Positions 53,758 to 64,000 of a DNA stretch of 64,000 nucleotides are shown here, in pieces. The translations under genes were made by a program, and so were the position numbers. Below the pieces are notes generated by a model. It saw only the letters and a program-made list of their open reading frames with translations. It was not told the origin of the DNA and did no database searches. The DNA comes from Eledone cirrhosa (Eukaryota): NCBI GenBank assembly GCA_964016885.1, contig OZ024743.1:307210001-307274000 (forward strand). The letters run 5' to 3'. Numbering within the stretch: the first letter of the stretch is position 1; the number at the start of each line of letters is the position of its first letter.

Positions 53758-54095
53758 TGTCATCATCATCATCATCATTTAACGTCCATCTTTTATGCTA
53801 GCATGGATTGGACAGGTTTGTCCCACTTGAGGCAAGATTGGTCAGGTGACCATGTCTCGCTCATATAGGACTGTTTTTGGCAGGTTTTCTATGGCTGGAT
53901 TCCCTTCCTAATGCCAACCACATTTTCAGTGTGGACTGGGAGCTTTTTGTCATATCACCTACACGACCACCTTACAGTGGGAGGATGGAGTAGGGGGGTG
54001 GGGGTGTATATTGGGTTAAGAGGTGCCTACTGACTGTAGGTTTAAGTTTGTATGTAAGGGAAGGCAAGTCTTCTGTATAACTGCATAGTGCCAAG
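53758..54095 (-). mobile_element. Old RTE family C-like 3' UTR fragment
   Basis: Diverged match to about 5440-5875. Confidence 0.75.
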
Positions 54096-54100
54096 ATATC

Positions 54101-54159
<59 letters not shown>

Positions 54160-54194
54160 AATATATACATAGACAATCATAATATATAGATATA

Positions 54195-55479
54195 CAGGAT
54201 GCGGACGATATTTGTTCGCAAGATTACTGTCTAGGAAAAAATAACACAGTAGTTTTATTTTTTAAGATATATTTATCAAACTTGAGTCAGTTTGTCTTCA
54301 TGACTTGTTCTTTTGATCTCACTCGATAGACCCGCCATTGGCTTTGATGACGGCCTCGGAACCGGCTACAAGCCTTCGTCACTGTCCCCCGACTTAGGCC
54401 CCTAAAAGCACTTGTGATCCTGATCTTCAGATCGTCTTTCGTATTGCAGCTAGATCTGTTGGTGTCTCCTTCCACTGTGCCCCACACAAAGAAGTCAAGG
54501 GGGTTGCAGTCAGGCGAGCTGGGAGGCCAGATGTCAGGTGAAGTGTGGTCGACGAAGTTCTCTGACAGCCAGGCTTGGGTCTTTTGGCTGGTATGGCAGG
54601 GCGCTGTCTCTTGCTACCACACGTACGGCCTACCTGCAGCTACCTGGTCGATCCAGGGCTTTTCTACCTTGCTCAGAACATGGATGTAGCCATCGGTGTT
54701 CAGCTTGAGGCCCTCAGGGAAGAAGTGAGGTGGCATGACGTCACCTTGACTGCTGATGACACCTAAGACCAATGTTGTCACTGGAAACTTTGTCTGCATG
54801 ACTCTGGGCACGTCTTTGGATGGGACAGCGAGCCACCTGTTGTTTTGGGAGTTGATCATCTGGTCTTGGCAGAAGTTTTTCTCATCGGAGAAAAACCACA
54901 GCATGTCTGGCTCCAGTGGGTGTTTCAACTTGTTGATCAGCTTCTTTGCATGCTTTTCTTGCATTGCCTTTGACAGAAATTGTCCTTTCCTCATCTTGTA
55001 TGAAACATGGCGAATGTCTTCATGTACCACCAGCCAAATGAGCTTTTCATCCACGCCTTTCTCCCTTGCAATGGCATGCATCGATTGCTAGGTTCATTGT
55101 TGATGATATCCTGAACTTCAGCGACGAACTCGGGCGTTCTGAAGGCGTCAGATCGTCGATCGTGTGTTTTCCTCTCTGATGTTGCTTCATAGTCGAATCC
55201 TGAATCTTCCAATTCCTTTCTGACCTTTTCCACCATTCTCCTGCTGACGCTGAGAAAGTCTGAAATTTCCTTATTTGTCCTCGCAGCACGGATTCCAAGA
55301 AGAACTCTGTGTCTCTTCCACAAATTTGGAGGTTCACAATTATTCATAATCAATTATTCTGAAAATAAATAATGGAAATATAGTCACTGTTTTTATGAAG
55401 ATAAGAGTGACAATGGAAGTAAAAAAATTTGCATAAAATTAGCAGTTGGAAATTGTGAACAAATATCGTCCACTCCCTG
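54195..55479 (-). mobile_element. Full-length Tc1/mariner DD37D (maT) transposon, inactive
   Basis: ~27-bp TIRs and TA target duplications; FFSDEKNF, W*QETAPCH, WPPSSPDCNPLD with 37 residues between the last two catalytic positions; stop and frameshifts. Confidence 0.93.
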
Positions 55480-55539
55480 TATATACCCATCACATACATG
55501 TTTCCTTGCGGTGGATTAGATGATATACACCTCTTTGGA

Positions 55540-55900
55540 TTCTTTTTCTTCTTTGCCCCCTTATTCCTGGGAGGGTCCTGAGCGCAGAACCCTGAAACAC
55601 TCCTTACAGCATGTCTTCTCAGAAGCAACTGTCTCCAATTGATCCGGCTGGATCTCCAAGTGAGACCAGCTGAGCTCATGGATGTTACCAAACATCTTGC
55701 TCGGCAGGGTATACCCCTGGGTTTCCTACTTATTAGTTTTGCACATAAAATTTGTCCAGCGATTGTTTCCTGAGACATTCTAACCACATATCCATAACAT
55801 CAGAGCTGTGATTGCTCAATTTAGCGAAGTAGCAGCTCTACCTGGAATGACTCTCTGATCTTCGAGCTACTTCAGATGAAATCCATTTTGACAGCTTTTA
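55540..55900 (-). mobile_element. Degenerate RTE-type 3' fragment, a further family
   Basis: YVVRMSQETIAGQILCAKLISRKPRG resembles the GHVxRM...GRRPRGRP motif. Confidence 0.55.
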
Positions 55901-56159
55901 TTTGCGATTGTTTTCTTTCGGATTTGTAGAGTGCAAAACAAAATACCTTGTAGTATTTACTTTCTTAGTTCAAATCCCACTAGGGTCATTTTTTTTTGTG
56001 TGTGTGTATTTATGATCTTGTTATGAATAACTATTGATAGTTCACATGCAAATGTGATGCGCATGCATGTATATATGATTGTATCTTTCTATATGATATC
56101 TAAATAGGTTTATATGTTATACAATGTGGTATTTATAATATGTTCTATTAAACTTTCAG

Positions 56160-56324
56160 CCTGAAGTCCTCTATGTGCTGTCTAAAAGTAATTTAACTGC
56201 AAAAGAAATTTGTTCCACCATTTTGAATGTAGAGTGTATCTCCGGTGGAAACTCCTATGACAAATGGAACATCACTCTACCTCATACAAAGAAGCCTCCA
56301 GTTGAACCAATACCAGTTCCAAAG
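56160..56324 (+). CDS. SMPD1: Acid sphingomyelinase, coding exon 2 (saposin end, Pro-rich linker)
   Basis: AG|PEVLYVL...EICSTILNVEC...WNITLPHTKKPPVEPIPVPK|GT, phase 0-0. Confidence 0.92.
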
Positions 56325-56388
56325 GTAATATTGATTTTTAATTTAGGCACAAAGTCAGCAAATTTGGGGTAAAGGCATTTGATTACAA

Positions 56389-56513
56389 CTGGTACTTTAT
56401 TGACCTTGGAAAGATGAAAGGCAAAGTTGACCTCGGTGGAATTTTAAGAACCAGAACAAATACAGCTTTGACATTTTCTTTGGTGTTCTAGCAGTTCTAC
56501 CAATTCACCACCC
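56389..56513 (-). mobile_element. tRNA-derived SINE, second family, degenerate
   Basis: Reverse-complement match to 51509-51650. Confidence 0.65.
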
Positions 56514-57921
56514 TCAATTGCCAAGGTAATATTAAAAGGTAGTAACATCCTATACTGGATGAAACTATTAGCAAGACATTCTTGAAATGTTGTATGACTA
56601 GATCACCTTAGCAAGACATTCTTGAAAATTTCTATGACTGGATTACATTAACAAGAAATTCTTGAAAAGTTCCATGGCTGGATCACATTAAAAGTTAACC
56701 CTTTTGATAGGAACCCAGCCAAAACCAACTCTGGTTCCATTAAACATATCCACCCATTTTAAAATGTTCCTATTTAACTGAATGTCCTGCAATAATGTAG
56801 CAGAAACTATCAAAAAATATATTTGTTAACTCAAACATTTGTAGAATCCCCAATAACTAGAGATACTCAATTGCTATGAAACTGCAAGTAATGTATATGT
56901 AAACACACATATTTATGTATGTAAAGCGGACGTAAAAATGATGATGATGATGATGATGTAAACATGTACATATATCTTATTTACATGTCTTTTTCATATC
57001 TACGGAGAAAAATAACTGTAACTACAGTGGTTGCTATAAATTATTTGAAAGATATGAAGTTCAATTCTTTGTATTAACCGCTGTCCATTTTTTTTTCCAT
57101 CTATAAGGAGTCTTTACCTGATTTTCTAAGCTATTTATTGCAAACAACTGTATTTATAGTTATTTTCAGTGTCTGAGTTTTCCTACATTTTCTATGAACC
57201 TAATAATCTCTCAGCTATTCAAAAGATTGAATATATTTATGTTTACATATAGAAATGTGTGCATTTACATATATGAATGTGTGTATTTATAAATATGTGT
57301 GTATTTATATATATAAATGTTGGTATTCACATATATAAATATGTGTATATATATATATATATATATAAATGTGTGTTTACATATATAAACATGTTTATAT
57401 GTTTATATATAATTGTGTGTATTTACATATATGTGTGTGTTTACATATACAAATGTGTGTGTTTACTTACACATTTCTCACAGCATCAGTTAAATCCCAT
57501 ACTGATTGTTTACAGATATGAATTTATAGTATATTTCAGTTGTTTAGTGCACAATTTAATTTATAATTATATAATTATCACACAGATGATAATAGTTTTA
57601 TTAGCTAGAAACTATATAATATGACAGTTGCAGCTTGAGAATGTCTGTCTTCTCCATTTGATGGCTGTTGCGGTCCTGTTCAGTTTGCCCAATTTGGAAG
57701 ATGGTTGGTCCATGTTCAGTTTACTGAATTTGGAGGATGGATCACAGGTTGGTTTAGCAGGACTCTGGCATTTGGTTTAGGTTGTTTGCTCAATGTTTTG
57801 TGGAGAGATTGGAGCAGTAAATATATATATTGAGAATAGCTGCCTGAATATGCACATTGTTTTCCCATTCCTTTCACTTCTCACTCTCTGTCTTTCTATT
57901 TCATCTATATTTCTCATTCAA

Positions 57922-57957
57922 TCTTCTGATGAAGGACAAGTGTCTGAAACATTAAGA
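57922..57957 (+). ncRNA. Minimal hammerhead motif, decayed stem III
   Basis: TCTT-CTGATGA-A-GGAC-AAGT-GTCT-GAAAC-ATT-AAGA. Confidence 0.6.
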
Positions 57958-58118
57958 CTTTTCCTATTATTTCAAGTGTTAATCTAATATATTTCTTCAT
58001 TGTACTGTGTCATTTGCTTTGTTATTTCTGTTGACTTTTTACATATATATGATGATGATTATATATATATATATATAGTCTGTCATAGATGTAAATCATT
58101 GTATGTTTGTTATTGCAG

Positions 58119-58242
58119 AAAGGGTCACCAAAACTCCGATGTCTTCACCTTACAGATATTCATCTTGACACACTCTATGAAGAAGGGGCAAATGCTAAAT
58201 GTGGTGAACCACTCTGCTGTCGTAAATCTAATGGACCTCCAG
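58119..58242 (+). CDS. SMPD1: Acid sphingomyelinase, coding exon 3
   Basis: KGSPKLRCLHLTDIHLD...CGEPLCCR; DxH metal motif; phase 0-1. Confidence 0.95.
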
Positions 58243-59309
58243 GTAATTACTGTGTGAATATATATTTTGTTATATTTTTACTGGTTCCAGTCATTACACT
58301 CAAGAGACTTACTCCCAGTTAATTACACTGTGATATATATTTTTAAAGATGCAAGTGCCTTTTGTGGTTATGAAAACAAAAGAAGGAAGGGAAAGGTAAG
58401 GCCTTTAGGGTCACAGAAGGATGGGGAGGGGAGGTGATGTTCTCTAGGCCTAGGGCACGGCTGTGTATATATTTTGTTATTGTTTTATTGGTTCCAGTCA
58501 TTACACTGAAGAGAGATTTACCCCCAGTTTATTATTGTGCAACTATATATTGTTTCATTGGTTTCAGTCATTAGACTGCAGCCCTGAAGAGATTTAGTTG
58601 ATCACATTGAGTTTGGTTCCTATTTTATTGATCTCTTTTGTCAAATTGTTAAGTTACAGGACATAAATAAACACACAGTGACAGGCACACACACATACCA
58701 GGCTTCCACACAGTTTCTCTCTACCAATTTTTACTTGCAAGGCATTGGTCAACCTGAAACTATAGTAGAAGGCACTTATTCAAAGTGCCCCATAGTGGGA
58801 TTGAACTCAAAATCACATGGTATTTAGATAAATATAAAGACTTTACAAGATGATTTGTATCATAGAACAAGAGGTTGCTTCAGGTACTTTAGTATCGGAA
58901 GGGTTAAATGTTGGTATTGTTATTGTTACAGCTCACAGATATGTAAGTTTAGCTGGCCTCTTATGAGGTTGCCAGCTAAGCCTATGTAGGTAGGAGCTGT
59001 AACAGCAACAACATGAGAGGACTGGGACCACAATCATTAAAACACCCAAGAAACCTCCTTTAAAATGCAATCTCTTAGGAGGTCAGATAAGCCTACTAGC
59101 TGTGAGCTGTAACAGCAACAATACTGAGTCCCTATCATTAAAAGACCATAGAGATACAACCTCGCAGGAGGCCAGCTTTTGTTGCTGTAACAGCAACAAA
59201 AGGATTAATTTGTAGCATTCAAAAAATTGCAGTAATGTTTAGTTAATATGGAATAACATCTTATATTTTTTGCGTACTGAGTAATAGATGTTGAATATCT
59301 TTTCTGCAG

Positions 59310-59416
59310 CTAAACCAGAAGATGGTGCTGGAAAATGGGGTGATTACAGGAATTGTGATTTACCATCTCGTACAATGGATAATCTTTTTAATCATCTACA
59401 GAGTATTCAAGATCAG
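59310..59416 (+). CDS. SMPD1: Acid sphingomyelinase, coding exon 4
   Basis: AGKWGDYRNCDLP; phase 1-0. Confidence 0.95.
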
Positions 59417-60331
59417 GTAATACTTTCATTCGGAAATTTTGTCTATGATAATATTTTTTTCTTAACCTATTGTGGTTGGCGTTAGGAAGGGCATCCAGCT
59501 GAAGAAACCAAGCTGATCTCTCCCAAAGGGACAGCTCGTCCTACCCATGCTAGCATGGAAAATGGACGTTTAACAATGATGATGATGAATATGGCAGCAT
59601 AAAGAGCAGATGTAAAATATTACATCTACACTGTAAAGTAGTTGGTGGTAGGAAGGGCCTCCAGCCATAGAAAGCTTGCCAAACAAAAGGCTGCGTGAAC
59701 CACTCAGTTATGTCAAGGACATGACAGCCTCCTTAGTGTTAGTGATCTATATGATAAACACACCCAGTACACACTGTAAAGTTGTTGGTGATAGAGGAAG
59801 GGCATCCAGCCATAGAAAGCTTGCCAAACAAAAGGTTGAGAGCACCCTCAGTTGTGTCGAAGACATAACAAACTTTCCTGTGCACTCGGTAGAACATGCG
59901 ACCGTACGTAAGCAAGATGCAGACCCCTAGTCTGTTTGGGAGATCAGTAACCCCACTTCAGTACTGATTTGGTCTATGTAGACCCCTCCAACCCTTGCTA
60001 GCAGGGAAAGCAAACATTAAAATAATGATGGTGATGATAATGTGTAAGGGTATCATGTGAGGTTTAATGTTTTGAGATCAGCTCTCACCACATCCCCAAG
60101 GTTTTCCTCAGTCTTCCGCTTCTGCAGCTTCCTTCCAATAGGATCTCTTGGCAGTTCTTCACTTAACTCCCATCATCTATACACAATGTTTTCTCTTGTA
60201 GACTGCATCTGATTTATATAAATAAATATTTTTTCCTTAAAATGGCTGACTGAACACAAATGCTTGTTCACCCCCCCACCCCACCCTCCAATTTATTTTC
60301 TGTTTCTTCCTCTTCTCACTCTATCTTTCTA

Positions 60332-60367
60332 TCTTCTGATGAAGGATTAGTGCCCAAAACATTAAGG
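60332..60367 (+). ncRNA. Decayed hammerhead, same family as 57922
   Basis: TCTT-CTGATGA-AGGATTAGTGCCC-AAAAC-ATT-AAGG; GAAA lost. Confidence 0.45.
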
Positions 60368-60791
60368 CTCTTTTCCTACTATATCAAGGGTCGAGTAGTG
60401 ATCATGACAAAAAGTACTCAGCACGCACTGTAAATGTTGTTGGCATTAGGAAGGGCATCCAGCCATAAAAACCAACCCAGTTCTGTGTAGGCAAGACACA
60501 ATCACCTGACTCAACTTACCTCAAATGGGACAACCCGTCTAACCCATGCTAGAATGGAAAAATGGACATTAAAGGTGATGATGATGAAGCATCAAATCAA
60601 TATATATCGTCATTATACTGTATTGTTTGCTGTGTTGTTTTCCTTTTACTTTTTGCATACACACACGAGCATATATATATTTATATATACACACACACAC
60701 GATCTGTAAGGTGCATGGTGACATACTGTTAAAGAAAATTTGCCAAAAAAGGGTCAATGGGTCTCTTCAGTTGTGTCAAAGGGCTTACATA

Positions 60792-60842
60792 TCTTATCTG
60801 ATGATCCTGTCAGTGCACAGGTGAAACTACAGAGAGACAAGA
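60792..60842 (+). ncRNA. Hammerhead-like motif with degenerate cleavage site
   Basis: CTGATGA-T-CCTGT-CAGTGC-ACAGG-T-GAAAC; AATAAA downstream. Confidence 0.5.
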
Positions 60843-61313
60843 CTCACTACTTAGCCATAATAAATGAATATTTAAACTCTACTTCTGTATTGAGTACTCT
60901 TTTCTCTCATCTGTCAACCACATACATATATATGTGTATATATATATATATGTGTGTGTGTGTATCTATATATATATGTGTGTGTGTATGTGTATATATA
61001 TATATGTGTGTGTGTGTGAGTGTTTTTGTCTATATATATATGTTATATATGTATATAAAATGAAAAGAGTCAGGCTGAGCTCCGGCCATTTCGACAGACA
61101 GCTAGATCCCAACTAAGCCTGCAGTTTGTATATAAATCTATTTACACTCTATCACCACTCATTCTGGTTGTGGTTGTTACTGCTTTTCTCAAGTATCATG
61201 TCTTTTGATTTCTAATTCTCTGGGGAATTTTTTGACCAACTAATTTGGTTAACTGATTTATTTACATTTTTTTAAAGTTTATTTTGTTTTTGTTTCCTTT
61301 CTCTAAAGCTTAA

Positions 61314-61534
61314 CCCTTTAGTATTTAAACCGGCCATATCCAGCCAGAATTCTCTCACCTCTTTCTCTTGAAACCAGCCATAACTGCCCACTCATACTGA
61401 CATCAAGGTATTGTTCTTAAAATAAATAACATCATCATCAAAATCTCATAGATTCGATATTATTTATGATAAATATGTGAGATAAAGCCTTTATCACAAA
61501 AATATAATAATAGAGTAATGCAAATGCTAAAGGG
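61314..61534. mobile_element. piggyBac-like MITE, 221 bp
   Basis: TTAA-CCCTTTAGTATTT...AAATGCTAAAGGG-TTAA. Confidence 0.85.
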
Positions 61535-61724
61535 TTAAGATGTTTTCTTTGAAAGCAAAATTTTTTCAAGGGAACCCAGTTTTTTGTATGGACCCTAAAA
61601 TTATTATATGGGACCTGGTTGAGAACAACTAATCTACATGATAAGAACACCCAGTACACTCTGTAAGGTGGTTGGTAATAGGAATGAAATCCATAATTTG
61701 TTTTTTGTTTTTATTTCTTCTTAG

Positions 61725-61894
61725 TTTGATTACATTATCTGGACTGGAGATCTACCTCCTCACAATATTTGGAACCAAACAAAAAATGACCAAACCAAAG
61801 TTATCAATATTTTGACTCAGTATTTCTTGAAATACTTGCCTAATAAACCCATATTTCCTGTGGTTGGAAACCATGAAAGCTCTCCAGTTAACAG
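61725..61894 (+). CDS. SMPD1: Acid sphingomyelinase, coding exon 5 (not in the ORF track)
   Basis: AG|FDYIIWTGDLPPHNIWNQT...PIFPVVGNHESSPVN|GTAGGT; GD and GNHE motifs; phase 0-2; gene continues beyond the window. Confidence 0.95.
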
Positions 61895-62096
61895 GTAGGT
61901 ATTACAATTTCTCTACAGAACTGTCAAATCTATATTATAATAACTTTCTACCCATCTGTCACATAAACACAACGATCTGTCAAAAATGTAACTTTTTTTA
62001 ATTTTAGAATATAAAACAAATATAAGACAAGAAAAGATAATGGCGCAAATCTTCTAAACTTTTCTCTGCCGGTCGTGTCTGTCTCCTATTTCATTC

Positions 62097-62133
<37 letters not shown>

Positions 62134-62158
62134 GTATATATATATAATAAGACAAACG

Positions 62159-62250
62159 ACCTGTAACACACCTTTCGCAGATGGTTGGCCCAAGGTCACC
62201 CATGAAAGTTGTGGACCTGACTCCAGCATCGATCTGCTCATCAGACTAGT
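62159..62250 (-). ncRNA. Hammerhead motif with 61-nt stem II, stem III mismatched
   Basis: ACTAGT-CTGATGA-GCAGAT...ATCTGC-GAAA-GGTGT-GTT-ACAGGT. Confidence 0.6.
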
Positions 62251-62300
62251 GGTTCAACAAAAAATAAATTCACTAAATCACATACACTAATAAATATATA

Positions 62301-62377
<77 letters not shown>

Positions 62378-62383
<6 letters not shown>

Positions 62384-62890
62384 CGTGTATACGAACAGCA
62401 ATGTTACAGGTAGTGAGACGTGGGCGCTGTCTGTTGAAGACTTGCGTAGATTAGAAAGAAACGAAGCCTGCATGCTCCGATGGATGTGTAATAGTAATAT
62501 ACGCGAATGGCAAAGCATAAATGAATTGAGAGAGAGACTGAGCATAAGAGGAATCAAATGCTGTGTGCAGGAGAGGAGGTTGCGTTGGTATGGACATGTG
62601 ATGTGTATGAAGGATGACAGCTGCATAAAAAGGTGCAGAGCACTAGAAGTCAATGGAAACCTTGGAGTGGGGAGACCCAAGAAGACCTGGGATGAAGTGA
62701 TAAAAGCCGACCTTACTGTAAATGAGGTTGGTGTTAGGAAGGGCATCCAGCTGTAGAAATCAAGCCAGAATCAGTTCCCGTATGAGCAAGACATGGTCAG
62801 CCGACCGGACACTGCCCACAACAGGACAACCCGTCTAACCCATGCTAGCGTGGAAGAACGGACGTAAAACGGTGATGATGATGATGATGA
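62378..62890 (+). mobile_element. RTE family B 3' fragment with internal deletion
   Basis: GSETW...TWDEVIKADL joined directly to the UTR module and tail. Confidence 0.9.
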
Positions 62891-63505
62891 TATATATATA
62901 TATATAGACACGCACACACATCTAAAGAGAGAGAGACACAGAGGAAGAGGCAGAAAGAGAGAGGTAGGCCGTTATACAGAGAGAGATACAATTAAAGTGT
63001 TAAATATTTAGAGAGAGAGAGAGTGACGTCCCACAGAGAGTGACAGTCTAGAATCGGCTTAAACTATAGATCCTTTGATCTATAGGAAGGTTTAACAATA
63101 TTGCTTTAGCTTTTATAAAGTCGTTTTACAGTCTTTGATTTCACAGAACAAAGAAAAATTGATACTATTTGAAATTAATCTACCCTCCAGCTTTTATCCA
63201 TATACTACTTACAGAGACCGTACTAATGAAGCTAAACACTTCAGAAGCAATTTTATACAGTAAAAGATCAATCTGACTATGGTTTTTTTCACATTTAAAA
63301 TCCAAGGCCAATGCTACCATTTAATCGGCAGTTTACTCGGCCCCAGCCTAATAAGGAAGTTTTATGATTGTTTTGTTTTTTTTGTCTCTCTCTCACACAT
63401 ATTACGGTCTCACCTCATACTAGACAACACATCCAATACAGTCATTTTCTCTTTTATCCATCTTCTCTTAATTATTCTCCCGGGGGAAGCTGGATACCTA
63501 AGCTA

Positions 63506-63540
<35 letters not shown>

Positions 63541-63543
<3 letters not shown>

Positions 63544-64000
63544 CAAAATAAGCAGTGGGGGAGGGCGCTCTGAAAGTACAGTAGCTAGAGTCAGAACTGG
63601 ATGGAAAAAGTTCAGAGAGCTTATACCACTATTAGCTGCTAAAGGGTTCTCCCTAAAAATGAAAGGCAGGTTGTACGATACCTGCATACGAACAGCAATG
63701 TTGCATGGCAGTGAGACCTGGGCATTGTGTGCAGAGGATATACGCAGACTAGAGAGAAACGAAGCTTGCATGCTCCGCTGGATGTGTAATAGTAATATAC
63801 GTGAACGACAAAGCATAAACGAACTAAGGAAAAAATTAGAAATAAGAGGGATCAGATGTTGTTTACTCGAGAGAAGGCTACGTTGGTATGGTCACGTGAT
63901 GCGCATGAAGGACGATAGCTGTATAACAAAGTGCAGGGCAATAAAGATAGACGGTAGCCACGGAATAGGCAGACCCAGAAAAACCTGGGACGAGCTGATA
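63541..64000 (+). mobile_element. RTE family C fragment running off the window end
   Basis: DKISSGGG...GRPRKTWDEL. Confidence 0.92.

Noticed and set aside
56694-58907. piggyBac-like ends flanking SMPD1 exon 3 as one element
   Set aside because: The ends match poorly and enclose a conserved host exon; more likely two independent decayed MITEs

Overview
Repeat-rich, AT-rich animal genomic DNA; the RTE, SINE and (TA)n content suggests a mollusc, probably a cephalopod (inference). The first ~45 kb is a nest of large interrupted (TA)n arrays (one ~9 kb) holding 5'-truncated retroelements: three RTE LINE families, two CR1-type LINEs, GIY-YIG Penelope-like elements (PLEs), a bipartite non-autonomous RTE derivative, tRNA-derived SINEs, a DD37D (maT) Tc1/mariner fragment and MITEs. 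The last ~12 kb holds the first five coding exons of an acid sphingomyelinase gene (SMPD1-like, + strand), which continues past the window. The most striking unannotated signal is about 15 type I hammerhead ribozyme motifs from roughly ten unrelated short sequence families. Several have intact cores, some have core variants (U3-A8, U4C), and several carry long 60-115 nt stem II domains. Also present are an intron-containing tRNA-Lys(TTT) pseudogene, a CLEAR-like E-box cluster and two pre-miRNA-like hairpins. All long YI/YM-repeat ORFs are microsatellite artefacts. Structures were folded by eye, and no searches were run.
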